NCBI GenBank assembly: GCA_000091205.1
Contig: AP006499.2
DNA length: 64,000 nt
DNA from: Cyanidioschyzon merolae
Taxonomy: Eukaryota
Direction: 5' to 3' (one strand)
Part shown: positions 11,774 through 22,619 of the stretch, one piece after another
How the letters are laid out: every line of letters begins with the position of its first letter
Position numbering within the stretch: the stretch's first letter is position 1
Notes under the pieces: model-generated
What the model was told of the DNA's origin: nothing
Seen by the model: only the letters and a program-made list of their open reading frames with translations
Databases searched by the model: none
Program-made: the position numbers and the translations under genes

Positions 11774-13477
11774 TCAGAGCTCCCGAAAAGACTCCCCGAA
11801 GCTTTCTTGCGCCTCCATCATAACGGTACTGTCGTCGCCGGTGTCGGTGTCGGAGGTATTTCCTGTGTTAGGAATCCGACTTTGCAACGGGGCACTCGCA
11901 TCGTCATCATCAACGTCGATCATGTTTGGAATACTGGCATTTCGAAGCAATTGCGGATGAACGATTTGAGAGAGCGGACCCGTGGCAGTCACAGCGGCTG
12001 CGGCAACGTGTGCTCGTTGGTCATCTGCTCCGGCCGCTTTGGTATGCTCTGCGACACACGGCGTATGATAGGTGGATTCTACGGCATTACCGACGATCGT
12101 CGGTTTCAGTCGGATTGCAGGCGCATCTTCGGGCCTGTCTCGAGCCATGCCCTCGACCTGATTCCACATTGTCGCCAGTTTTTCCTTGGGCATGCTCGCA
12201 TACGCTCGCTCGTACGGTATTCCGTCCCGCTGTTGACTCGTTAATGCCGCGCGGAAGCGATCCGCCTCACTGGGGATCTCGTATCCTCCCGCATGGCCTC
12301 GTAGCATCGTCTCGCGTAAATCTGGATGGTAGTGCAGGATTTCCTCCCAGAAAAGCTGCCGCATCTGTGATGCAGTGAGCTGCTCGCGTTCGAAGAAGAA
12401 TTCCTCGGGCGGCAATGGGCTACCAGATACAATGGATTCCGGAGTATAGAGGCCTCTAAAATAAACATGCTGGAGTGCTTCCAGGGCTGTTAGGCGCTTG
12501 TTCGGATCAAACTGAAGCAGGTTTCGAAGCAGGTCCAATGCATCCGGGGGCGCGTCTGGGAACACTGTATCCAAGGGTTTCGGCGGTCGCGGCGGCAGCG
12601 AGCGCAGATGTTGTCTTACGCGCTGATTCCGCACCTTCGCAATCGACTCCTCATCCGGGGTACCGAGCAGCTTCACAATCAGCTCCAATTGCTCAAAGCT
12701 ATTCATACCGGGGAACAGGGGTTTTCCGCGATTCAAAAGTTCGGCGAAAATGCATCCCGCAGACCAGATATCGATCGCCGCTGAGTACTTTGACGAATAA
12801 CTCATGATCAGCTCTGGTGCACGATACCATCGCGTCGCCACATAATCCGTCCAGCACGCCATATCTTCTTGTTGGTTGTAGGCTAGTCGGGCGAGCCCAA
12901 AGTCGATCACCCTTAAATCACACAACTCATTAATCATGATGTTGTTCGGTTTTATATCGCGATGAAGCACGTTGCAGCTGTGCATGTAATGAAGCGCTTG
13001 CAATAGTTGATACATGAGCCATCGGATATGATCCTGCGATAACGGAATGGGTGCCCTCAGGACTCGATTCAAGTCCGCTGGCATCAACTCGAAAACCACG
13101 AACACGTCATCAAACGAGTCACGCTCCGAAGGTGCAAGAATCTCGCGGATGCTAATGATGTTTTCGTGGGAACGCAGGAGGCGCAGGAACCGAAGCTCCC
13201 GCAGGATGCGTACAGCTTCGGGAATCTCGTCGAAAACGCGGCGAATTCGTTTCACAGCCACTTTTTCCCCTGTCTGTATATCAATCGCTGAGCACACAAC
13301 CCCATAAGCACCTTCTCCGATGATTGACACGAACCTGTAACGGTTACCAATTAGGCGTGCATCAAAGAAAGCGCTGCGCGCTTCAGCCGGGCGGTGTGGC
13401 TGTGGCGCCTGACGCCTATCCCCTACGTTGTAACCATCCTGAACTCCTTGGGCATGGCTGTTGCGCAAGTCGCTCAT
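11774..13477 (-). CDS. Mitogen-activated protein kinase with TDY activation loop and a long C-terminal extension
   Basis: Kinase subdomains are present: IGEGAYGVVCSA, VAVKRI, HRDIKPNNIM, DFGLAR, TDYVATRWYRAPE. The TDY activation-loop motif is typical of plant group-D and protist MAPKs. Confidence 0.85.
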   Translation of the reverse strand: MSDLRNSHAQGVQDGYNVGDRRQAPQPHRPAEARSAFFDARLIGNRYRFVSIIGEGAYGVVCSAIDIQTGEKVAVKRIRRVFDEIPEAVRILRELRFLRLLRSHENIISIREILAPSERDSFDDVFVVFELMPADLNRVLRAPIPLSQDHIRWLMYQLLQALHYMHSCNVLHRDIKPNNIMINELCDLRVIDFGLARLAYNQQEDMACWTDYVATRWYRAPELIMSYSSKYSAAIDIWSAGCIFAELLNRGKPLFPGMNSFEQLELIVKLLGTPDEESIAKVRNQRVRQHLRSLPPRPPKPLDTVFPDAPPDALDLLRNLLQFDPNKRLTALEALQHVYFRGLYTPESIVSGSPLPPEEFFFEREQLTASQMRQLFWEEILHYHPDLRETMLRGHAGGYEIPSEADRFRAALTSQQRDGIPYERAYASMPKEKLATMWNQVEGMARDRPEDAPAIRLKPTIVGNAVESTYHTPCVAEHTKAAGADDQRAHVAAAAVTATGPLSQIVHPQLLRNASIPNMIDVDDDDASAPLQSRIPNTGNTSDTDTGDDSTVMMEAQESFGESFREL

Positions 13478-14024
13478 CGGCGCCTTGAGCAGTCACAACA
13501 AGCTGTCGCACGCCCGACCCCAGCTCCGACAACGCCTCCGTCTGTCTTTGAACGTGTGCGGCGGACCGGCCAGGACTCGCTAGCCCGCAGCACGTTACAG
13601 AGCCGTGTAAAGGCAGAGCACAACACGCAACGCCCTACTCTAGCCTAGAGTATGAAGTGCAGACGAAACACCGCCACCTTTTCAACCTTGCGCCGCTTTC
13701 TTGCAAGGTTTACCTGCATGCAGGGACACGTCAGTGCCGCCAGCGACAAGGATGCGTGCGCGCGTCGTGACGATGCGTGCGCTGTCACGCCTAATCCCGC
13801 GCCGGGGCCGCTGGCCGCCTTCGAGGCCTCCGGCGCAAATCGAATCGCGCTGAGCGGCTGACGCAGCGCAGCGCTGCGCAGCGCAGGGGTGGGCTTGTGC
13901 GGTGCGCGACTGCGCAAATGCGCTCGTGGAGTGGGGGGTTGTGGAGCTGCGGCCCCGCCGCACTTCGCTGCGTTGCGCGTATCGAGCCGACGTCCCCGTG
14001 CCGTCCCCGCCATGCTCTGGTCAG

Positions 14025-15420
14025 GAAAACGAACACTGTTCCACGGCCATGGAAGGTATCTATACACCCACGCACGGATGCCTGCCAGCCGTTTTGTTTC
14101 GACCGGCCGCCTGCGATCAGTTTTGTTTTATCAGGGGACAGTGCGAGCCTGAGAGACAGCCCAAGAAAGTCGGTTCTCATCAACAGCGCCTATCGTCGGA
14201 TATTGATAGTGGCATTGAAGTCCCGATTCACAAAGTCCATTCGTGCGGTTCCGCTGGTGGAACGCACGAGTACCAGGATTGCGAGAACTCTTGTCCTCAG
14301 TGCCGTTTAGTGCTCTGCTCGCTCTTCGTACTTTTTTATCGCCGAAGCGTTCGGCCGGCTTTGCTCCATCTCGACGTTCTCAAATGTTCAATACAGCGCA
14401 ACCTCTGCACTTCCTATTTTTGAAACTGAAAGCACTCTTTCTTATGCCATTGTTTGAAGACCTTGCCGGAGAGAGAGGCACGAGCGCAAGAAAGACGACA
14501 TATGTCCGAGTGTGTCGCCATGTGCTGAACGCTTCACCAATTCGCCCAGTGCAGCGATTATAACGTTTCACGATAGAAACCACGTCTTCGATTGGCATGA
14601 ACCAGGAAGCGTATGGAGGAATGATACGCGGCTCTACCCCTGATAGAATCGGAAACAGCTCGAATGCAAGGGGAATGTTATAACGCCACCTTATCTAGTA
14701 GAAGGACGTCGTCGGACGTCAGGGAGAGGTCTTCAGTGATTCGATAAAGTGATTTGTGCTGCAGTATGAGCCTTCTCTACGAGCGAGACTTAGGCTGGCA
14801 AATGAATCCACTGCAGATAGAACAGATGATGATGTCGTCGTTCCCTTTGAGCTCGATCTTGCATGCAACCGGTGTCCTGCTCCTCGAATACCCATACACG
14901 CTCCGTCTGTCTCGTTTGAAGCAAGTCACATCGACTGGAAAAAAACAAACCGATGTTCCTCTTCTTCATGTCGATCGCTGCGTTCCAGGAAAGCTGTGGC
15001 AGTTTCGATTTCGATGGAAGATGGCCGTGCGTGAACTAGGACTTTTTTGCGACTGTATATTCGTGTTTCCATGATTACACGAACGAGCTCTTGAGAAACA
15101 GAGACGCCCGCAGTAAATAGAATCGACGCTTTTGTTTTCCGTAAGGTGTTCAACGGGTCGTTTCTACACCATTGACCGCAAGAAGTCTTTCAGAGTATCG
15201 GCATTTGATGCGGAGCGCGTGTACTCTTTTCTATGAACATTCCTCAGTCATCAGGGTACTGTGCAACGACTGACCTGAAGGAGGAATGCCATCCTCCATG
15301 CACTGCTCAGTCAAGTATATATATCCTAAAGGCAATTCGTCTACGATCTATGCTGTACATTGCATCGATCTTTCGATCTCTCGCGCTGTACTGCGAAAAA
15401 AGCATTCGATCACATGCGGC
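14025..15420 (-). mobile_element. Degenerate TnpB/Fanzor-like element, copy A (~1.4 kb): decayed coding body plus conserved 3' non-coding tail
   Basis: Minus-strand translation at 14192-14233 gives MDFVNRDFNATINI (RuvC-III motif). The body at 14460-15420 aligns with copies B and C, with shared blocks 'ttcgcccagtgcagcgattataacgtttcacgatagaaa', 'gtgaactaggac', 'ttgagaaacagagacgcc' and 'gtacattgcatcg'. The tail 'gaaaacgaacactgttccacggccatggaaggtatctatacacccacgcacgg' at 14025-14080 is shared with all copies. Multiple frameshifts. Confidence 0.5.
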
Positions 15421-15648
15421 GATGACGGAATAAAATAGAACTGAACGACCAGAAAAGGCACTTTTCACGCGACTCCGAACTAGCAGGTAAAGCGTGCCGG
15501 TACGCCTGCGCAGCCGATTGGCGCTCGAATTCCTTGCCGCTGCGCAGCACTGCGTCTGAGTAGGTCGTTGTGCTGCAAGGCTGCGGCCTTTCTCGAGGGT
15601 GTGCTGCAGAAACCGCCTTGACGGTGGCTAGGGGCGACAGGACCGTGT

Positions 15649-16596
15649 ATGTTCCTGAACGTTCAAGTCTGTGCCCGTTCGGTTACTCCCAAGCCGGCAG
15701 CGTCTCTCGCATTGCTCGTTTTGCAGTCTCAGCGAGGGCCTCTCCCTGCAGACGCCGCACGGTGTCGGCGTCAGTTTCCGACCTCGCAAACGAGGGTCTG
15801 TCGCTTGCGAATGGCCTCACCAGTGAAGAAGCTCAACTTGGAGGATCTTAGAACGAAACTCATACGTCAGGAGGAGACCATCATCTTCGCGCTGATAGAG
15901 AGAGCGCAATTCAAACACAACGCAGTAATCTACGAGAAAAATGGGCCGCTGTTTCGCATACCGGGCTTTACCGGCTCATTCCTCGACTATCTTCTGGTGG
16001 AGACTGAACGACTACACGCCAAAGTGCGGCGCTACACAGCCCCTGACGAGCACGCCTTCTTCCCAAACCAGTTACCGCAACCGATACTCCCGCCGTTGGA
16101 CTACGAGCAGGTGCTCCATCCGAACGACATCAATGTGAATCACAAAATCATGCAAGTCTACGTCCACGAGATCGTCAACCGCCTCACAGAAGAGGGCGAC
16201 GATCTCAACTATGGCTCATCCTGCGTGAATGATGTGGCCTGCCTACAGGCTTTGAGTAAGCGCATTCATTACGGAAAATTCGTAGCCGAGGCCAAGTACC
16301 AAGCCAATAAGGAACAGTATCAACCTCTAATCGAGCGACGCGATGCGGCCGCTATTGAGCAGCTGCTCACGGATCGGGCGGTTGAAGAGAAGCTGCTGCG
16401 ACGAATCGAGATGAAAGCCGCCACCTACGGCCGAGAGGTCGAGGTTGGTCAACTCCAACGATGGCGCACGGGATCGGATCGGTTTGGTGACGAGGTCCAG
16501 CAGTTTCCACACCTGTTAGCGAACATCTATGAACATTATGTCATACCGCTGACAAAAGAGGTTGAGGTTTTGTATATGCTGCAGCGATGGCCCTAG
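15649..16596 (+). CDS. Chorismate mutase (eukaryotic AroQ class), probably with an N-terminal targeting extension; the conserved core starts at the ATG at 15811
   Basis: The core MASPVKKLNLEDLRTKLIRQEETIIFALIERAQFKHN... resembles yeast/plant-type chorismate mutase. The first 54 codons of the ORF are Arg/Ser/Ala-rich, either a transit peptide or an ORF over-extension. Confidence 0.75.
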   Translation: MFLNVQVCARSVTPKPAASLALLVLQSQRGPLPADAARCRRQFPTSQTRVCRLRMASPVKKLNLEDLRTKLIRQEETIIFALIERAQFKHNAVIYEKNGPLFRIPGFTGSFLDYLLVETERLHAKVRRYTAPDEHAFFPNQLPQPILPPLDYEQVLHPNDINVNHKIMQVYVHEIVNRLTEEGDDLNYGSSCVNDVACLQALSKRIHYGKFVAEAKYQANKEQYQPLIERRDAAAIEQLLTDRAVEEKLLRRIEMKAATYGREVEVGQLQRWRTGSDRFGDEVQQFPHLLANIYEHYVIPLTKEVEVLYMLQRWP

Positions 16597-19113
16597 AGAC
16601 GTGACCGCACGGTATACCTGCACTTTCAGAACTGGGCATGTGCATGCGTCTTGACGACCCAGGGCGAGAAACTGCAACAACGACGCCAGATACAGCAGGC
16701 AGCAGCGGCTCGAGCGAGTGCGTCTCGCGATACCATTTGCGAAGCGACCGGCATGCTGGAACGACCACAAAGACGCGCGGGACGCAGCGTGATCGTACCT
16801 GTATCTATCGCTAGTGGTTGCAGCACTACGTAGCGAGATCCGATGCACTCATCGAGAACACGTCATCGTGGAGAGAAATGCGCACAGAGACTATCGCTGC
16901 ATCATTTTCGGGTGCAGCATTGCGACGCACCGAGGAAAACCGATCACGCGAGCATACCGTGAAGCGGGATAGATGTTTCCGCGAAGAAAAGTTTTTTCCA
17001 CAGTCTAAAATAGGGCCTTTTTGCATCATTCCTGGACGTTCAAATGGAAACACCAAGCATTGATTGCCCTTGACGTATTCGCCGGGCCAGATGGTTCCTG
17101 TTCCAGCTGCTCTGAGCATGAAGAATGCGGAACGTGCACGCTGCATTCCACGAGTTGCTGCGCCGCAGTAGCACGCGTTTGCGCGGTCCCGATTACAGTC
17201 CGCAAAGGTTCAGGTTTTTGGTTTCAAGCTGGCGACAGTTCGTATGTGCAGGAGGGATTGGGGATCCATCTAGACTGCCAATAGAAAAGCGCGAGTCGAA
17301 AGCAGCGTTCATGTACGGCGCTCAACTCTGCAGATCCGCTTTGCAAGGAAGCGATCGGACGGTTGCACGCGACGTCGCATGCGTTTCGATACACCCGCCT
17401 AACGCGTTACCGGGCAAGAGACACCACGGAAACCCGGCTAATATACACGATGTGTCGATAAAGACACATGCTTCATGCAGCCTGCTGGTCTGCTGGACTG
17501 CAACGCCGCCACCCGTGAAGTGTATTGAACGCGCGGAAGCGTCGAGGCAGCTGCATTGGAGCGGAGATCGAGACCCTGGGAACCGGCTCTGGAAGCGGAA
17601 ATTCCGGTTTACCCGTGTCAGAATAAAAAATAGAACGAGTCGCGTTCGCCAGCCGAGGCATACGTTCTAAAGTCTGGGACTCTTCGCATGAACGCCAGCG
17701 CCAGCCTCCACGGGATTTTTTTGCGTATGTTTTGTTTGCTTGTCTCGGAACTATAACTCTGTTTTCAGCTGCCAGGCGATGTGCACGGCGACGTAAATGT
17801 TCCTATTTCGTCGCTTTCGGGGGTTGTCGACGCATTTCATGCTCAGGTAAAAGTTGTAATCTCCGCTTTGCCAGCCATTTTCCTTCTCTTTAGATACAGG
17901 ATCGGTGTGCCCTGCGCAGCTGTGGCACTTGACTAACGGCACGTGCTCCGATACATTCAATGCATCTTCTCGCGAGAGCGCCGAACTCTGCCGCGTGAAC
18001 GCTTGCTTCTTCGCTCGGCACATGCCCTTGACAAGGACAGAACTTTCACCCTGATGCTGTTCTCCGCTTCTGCGCCCAGGATCGTACCATGCGATCAGGG
18101 GCTCCTTCAGGGAGCTCGCCCCGGAGAGCACGCCGGCTGCTCCTTATGCGAGCGCATGCAGTTCCATTCGAAAGAGAGTTTCTGAAAGGCGAGGCTCTCC
18201 GTGATGAAGCAAGTATTGTAAGGAAAAATCAGGCTGGAGATCGTCTCTAGAAATTCCGATCCGTCTGTGATCCCTCTTTGCGGAAAGCGTTGACGAAGTC
18301 TCCATCGGAAGCGATCGCCTCTGTGGCTCAAGTCCGAATCCAAGACTCTTTTCCATGAAAGAAGACACGGGAACTTCTGGGACCATACCTTGTGAATTGT
18401 ATCATGGTACAGTGGAGTCCCGTTTCACCAGTTACCATGACGAGAGGAGGATTTATCTCTCGAACGCAGTCTGTGATTCAGCGAGACAAGTTCAGTGAAT
18501 GTTCGGCATGAGATTGTGAACAATGCCCCCAAAGAGTGAAGTCGAGCAGTTTCCTCGTCAATCGAGCGGGCGAATGATTATGGTCACGAGATGTCCTGGA
18601 GCATGAAGATCGATAAGATAAGGCAAGCTTGATTTGTGTATTTTACATATAAGGGAAGGAGAAGGATGGATGCTTTTTCATATGCATTGGATAATACTGT
18701 CGGTTGTTTTACCAGTGCTTGTTCGAGCGCGTTACGAATCATCCCGATTCCGGTGACGCAACGAATGCCAGTGGCAGACAATATTGCAGGTGCCACTTCG
18801 AAACGACGACCGAGGATCCGAAAACTACCTATGGATCCGTAAGCGCATTGTGCTGCGCTTCGAACGCCTACCAAGCGCATCAAAAAAATTCGTACGGAAA
18901 TCGAAAACCAGGAAACGATTGCCCAGTTCACTTTACCACTTGAAGCTGACACCAACGTAGATGCATAGATCCAAAACTCTACGTCAACTCGCCGACGCCC
19001 CTAGAGCGATTGTGATCATCATCAGGTCGAGTGGTGCGCGATGTGCGCTCGCTTTTGCTAGAATGGCACCAGATGCATTCGGGGTGTACGGAACGCGAAC
19101 AAGACTGCTTTAT

Positions 19114-20814
19114 TTAAACGCGAAGAACTCCGGCCATACTCAACGGTGAATGATTGTTGTCGGCTTCAGCATACCGACTGCGATACTCGTCTAGATACGG
19201 ATACACGCATTCGTGCAAAAATTCATCGACTTGTTGGGGCGCACGGCCCACGAATTCAGAGCCGCTACAAAGCGAGTCTATTTGATCCCTAATACAAGCG
19301 AAACGATCATCGTTTCTGAGACGTTCCAGAAGGTCATTGTCAAGCCCTTGGTCCTTCACGCGTGCAGCTGCGGCTACGCTATGCTGCCGAATCGCTTCAT
19401 GCATGGTTTGGCGGTCTTGCCCGGCGCGAACTGCGGCCATAAGAATATTTTCCGTCGCCATGAAAGGAAGTTCTTGAAGCAGATTGCGCTCTACTACCCG
19501 AGGATGCACAACCAGGCCACGACTTATGTTGAGCACCAGCTGAAGGATCGCATCCGTTGTCAGAAACGCCTCACTGATCGCAAGTCGCCGATTCGCCGAG
19601 TCGTCCAGGGTGCGCTCCAACCACTGCGTCGAGGCTGTTTCGGCGGGATTCAACACAAGCGTTTGCAGGAAACGAGCAAGACCATTGATCCGTTCCGAGC
19701 GCATCGGATTTCGTTTGTAGGCCATCGCTGAGCTCCCGATTTGGTGCTCCTCGTACGGCTCCTCGACCTCCTTGAGATGCTGCAGAAGTCGAATGTCGTT
19801 CGCCATTTTGGCCGCCGACTGTCCGATTCCAGCTAAAACTGCCAAGACGAAAAAGTCCTGTTTGCGAGAATACGTCTGACCGGTGACAGCGAAGCTCGCT
19901 GCGAAACCCATTCGCTCTGTGACGAGTCGATCGAGCTGCCGCACACGCTCGTGCTCGCCGTCGAACAGCGCCAGGAAAGATGCCTGGGTTCCGGTGGTTC
20001 CTTTCACACCCCTGAACTTGATCTCATTCAGCATGCGCTCGACCTGGTGTGCGTCCATCAGGAAATCCTGAATCCATAGACATGCTCGCTTGCCCACGGT
20101 TGTGGGTTGTGCCGGCTGGAAATGCGTGTAGGAGAGGGTCGGCAGCTCGCGGTATCGCTCCGCAAACTGGGCGAGCTCTCCAATACAAAGCCAGAGCATA
20201 CGATGGAGCAACGTCAGTCCGCGTCTTTGCTGTAGAAGCTCAGAATTGTCGGTGACATAGCACGACGTAGCCCCTAGGTGGATAATGGGTCGCGCGACCG
20301 GTACCTGATCACCAAGCGCGTGGACGTGGGCCATAACGTCGTGGCGAAGCTTTGCCTCATAAGCGGCGGCTGCCTCAAGTGGAATCGGAAAATCATCTTC
20401 TGCGGCTTTGCGCAGGGCCTCAACCTGTTCGGAGGTTATCTGAAGACCCAGGGAGCGCTCACAGTCAGCGAGGACGTACCACAGTTTTCGCCACAGGCGA
20501 AAGCGGTACACGTCCGAAAAGGTCTCGCGCATTGCGGCTGAAGCATATCGCGTGGAGAGTGGGGATACATATGTTGGGCCAGTTGCGTTAAACTGAGACT
20601 TTTGCGCTTCGTTCGCCGACATGACGCTATGAACACAGCGTTGCAGCGCTACCGATCGGAAAGCTGCCCCTTTTCTGCGCCTCGCGACAATTTCTCCCCG
20701 ATGACTACTTTTTCGTAGACTTGTAAAACTCGGAGCAGCGGAAAACGCAAAAGCGAGCGTCAGCATCACCCGATAGCGACGTGTTGCTCGCGTTGTACGC
20801 AGGTTACGCGTCAC
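19114..20814 (-). CDS. ADSL: Adenylosuccinate lyase (PurB/ADSL) with a ~65-75 aa N-terminal extension
   Basis: Fumarate-lyase family signature SSAMAYKRNPMRSE is present. Conserved blocks are LWRKLWYVLADCERSLGL and HLGATSCYVTDN. An alternative start is the Met of MSANEAQK near 20622; the upstream extension may be an organellar presequence. Confidence 0.85.
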   Translation of the reverse strand: MTRNLRTTRATRRYRVMLTLAFAFSAAPSFTSLRKSSHRGEIVARRRKGAAFRSVALQRCVHSVMSANEAQKSQFNATGPTYVSPLSTRYASAAMRETFSDVYRFRLWRKLWYVLADCERSLGLQITSEQVEALRKAAEDDFPIPLEAAAAYEAKLRHDVMAHVHALGDQVPVARPIIHLGATSCYVTDNSELLQQRRGLTLLHRMLWLCIGELAQFAERYRELPTLSYTHFQPAQPTTVGKRACLWIQDFLMDAHQVERMLNEIKFRGVKGTTGTQASFLALFDGEHERVRQLDRLVTERMGFAASFAVTGQTYSRKQDFFVLAVLAGIGQSAAKMANDIRLLQHLKEVEEPYEEHQIGSSAMAYKRNPMRSERINGLARFLQTLVLNPAETASTQWLERTLDDSANRRLAISEAFLTTDAILQLVLNISRGLVVHPRVVERNLLQELPFMATENILMAAVRAGQDRQTMHEAIRQHSVAAAARVKDQGLDNDLLERLRNDDRFACIRDQIDSLCSGSEFVGRAPQQVDEFLHECVYPYLDEYRSRYAEADNNHSPLSMAGVLRV

Positions 20815-21100
20815 TCGTTGAACGCGAGTCTGTGGCAGCGCAACGAGTTCGGGGTCGAGGCGACCGCTAGCGTCTATGGAGTGCGTTCCTCGCGGCAGGT
20901 AGCTGTGGTATGAACAATGGTGACGGATACAGCTCCGAGCGTTGCCACTTCACCTGGCGTGTATACCAGCTTTATTTTTAGAACCTCATGGAAACGCGCC
21001 CAGTCATAGGCGTATGCAAGGCGTGCATGAGCGCCCGGACGGCAAACACTAGCGCGCAACGCTTTATATACCAAATTTCGTGCTAATTGTTGCGAGTCGC

Positions 21101-21185
21101 GGTAGTATAGCTCAGTCGGTTAGAGCGTGCGGCTGTTAAGACAGTAGAAACCGCAAGGTCGAGAGTTCAAGCCTCTCTACTACCG
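21101..21185 (+). tRNA. tRNA-Asn (anticodon GUU) with an 11-nt intron at the canonical 37/38 position
   Basis: Cloverleaf is readable: acceptor GGTAGTA/TACTACC, D arm GCTC-AGTCGGTTA-GAGC, anticodon stem TGCGG/CCGCA with loop CTGTTA|AGACAGTAGAA|A, variable loop AGGTC, T arm GAGAG-TTCAAGC-CTCTC, discriminator G. U33 and A37 are conserved. Mature length 74 nt. Confidence 0.75.
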
Positions 21186-21190
21186 TCAGC

Positions 21191-21196
21191 TTTTTT
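21191..21196 (+). terminator. Pol III oligo-T terminator downstream of the tRNA
   Basis: T6 run begins 5 nt after the discriminator base. Confidence 0.5.
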
Positions 21197-22619
21197 CCTC
21201 CGCCAAAGTTCGAGAATCTTGCGTGAAATATATAAGCTGCAGAATTTCGACGTCAAAAGAAAGCCTTCCCTACATGAAGCCGCCCTTCGCTGAGCGATAG
21301 TGTATGCGCTGCCCGCTAACGTCGTGGATGTTCTACCACAGAGACCACGCTCTCAACAAAGAGGTCGTGCACGAGCACCATGTCGTCACGACTGGCGACG
21401 AGAACGTGAGTGCGAGTCCAAGACAGCAGGCTTCGTGCGCCACTACAGCGCATACGACCGGTGCACTTGGGCTGTTGAGGTCGCGTTGTGCTCGCCCGGT
21501 CTCCTGACTCTGGACTTGTTTGACCTCAGCTTTTGACGGGGCGCGACGGTTTTCGGCTGCAGAACCTGGAAACCCCCTCAACCGTCCGACAGATTCATGG
21601 GTTTTTCAATTGGACAAGACGCGCTTCGGGGCCACGTGCGCAAGAGACAAAAGCGCTTGCCTCGCATATCATTACTGCAAAGCTACCGGATGCAGCAGAG
21701 GTATGTGCATGCTTTATCGTTACAGGCTGCAGTCCGTAATATGCTTCTCGCGTTTCAAGCATTCAATGGAGTTGCCCCATAGAACGCCTAAACCTCCCCG
21801 TCACTGCAGCGGATACGACATTGCTGGTATATAGACGACACCTGGTTAGTGCACCGTCGGCTTCTGTGAGACCTGCATGCCTCGGGCCTCCGAGTGGCAA
21901 GCGCTTCCACGCAGAACGTTCAGTGCCTGCGCTGGGCAGTGCATGAAAAAGCGGGGCGATTGCTCTTGAACTTCCCGCATTGTGTCACGCTTCGGGTTGC
22001 TTTCACGTCGCTCCGGGAAAACGATTCCCATGTGACAACAGTTATCGCTCATGCGGTGTACAGAACGAATTTCATCGAATGACTTGTGTTTGCATCTATG
22101 AGCTACCGCTGCTCAAGCCGCGGACCAGTGCGCTAGTCGCAGGCATGTGTCGCTCACACCGGATCCGTGTCTGTCACGATCGATATGGACGAGTCCGGAT
22201 TCCTGCCATACAAAAAGAATCTTGGTAAACGAACCACGACTCTAGATGGCATGGTATCCGCTCATGACTTGCCACTTTTACTGCGCATGCATCTGTAGCG
22301 CATACGTCGTTCCCCAGCTACCTGTGTTTGGCGAGGTCCCGCGGCAAGCTAGAATATCGTTCAGTGACCAGCAGGTTCCGAGAGGGCACGGGCCGCCTGC
22401 TGCCGGTCGTTGTGGCCTCGGTCTGAGCTCGGAATCCTTCCGTCGACAAAGAGAACGGACGCGCATGCGGCTCGAAAGACCCTCCATGACAAGCGCCTGG
22501 GATGCAACATGTTTCCATGGTATGAGGAACCTGCAAGTCACAGCGCTTCTTGAGAGTGGCGACATACAAGGACGAACCCCCATTCGCAGTTCAAAAAAGC
22601 TATTGCATGGTTTACGTTC

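Noticed and set aside
13897-14423. Plus-strand ORFs (137-173 aa) overlapping TnpB-like element copy A
   Set aside because: The conserved signal, the RuvC-III motif, is on the minus strand. The plus-strand ORFs are not conserved in copies B and C.
17751-18955. Small minus-strand ORFs (126 and 123 aa) between chorismate mutase and ADSL as genes (possible Zn-ribbon or small membrane protein)
   Set aside because: No confident family assignment could be made from the peptide sequences. They are left unannotated rather than guessed; they could be real small genes.
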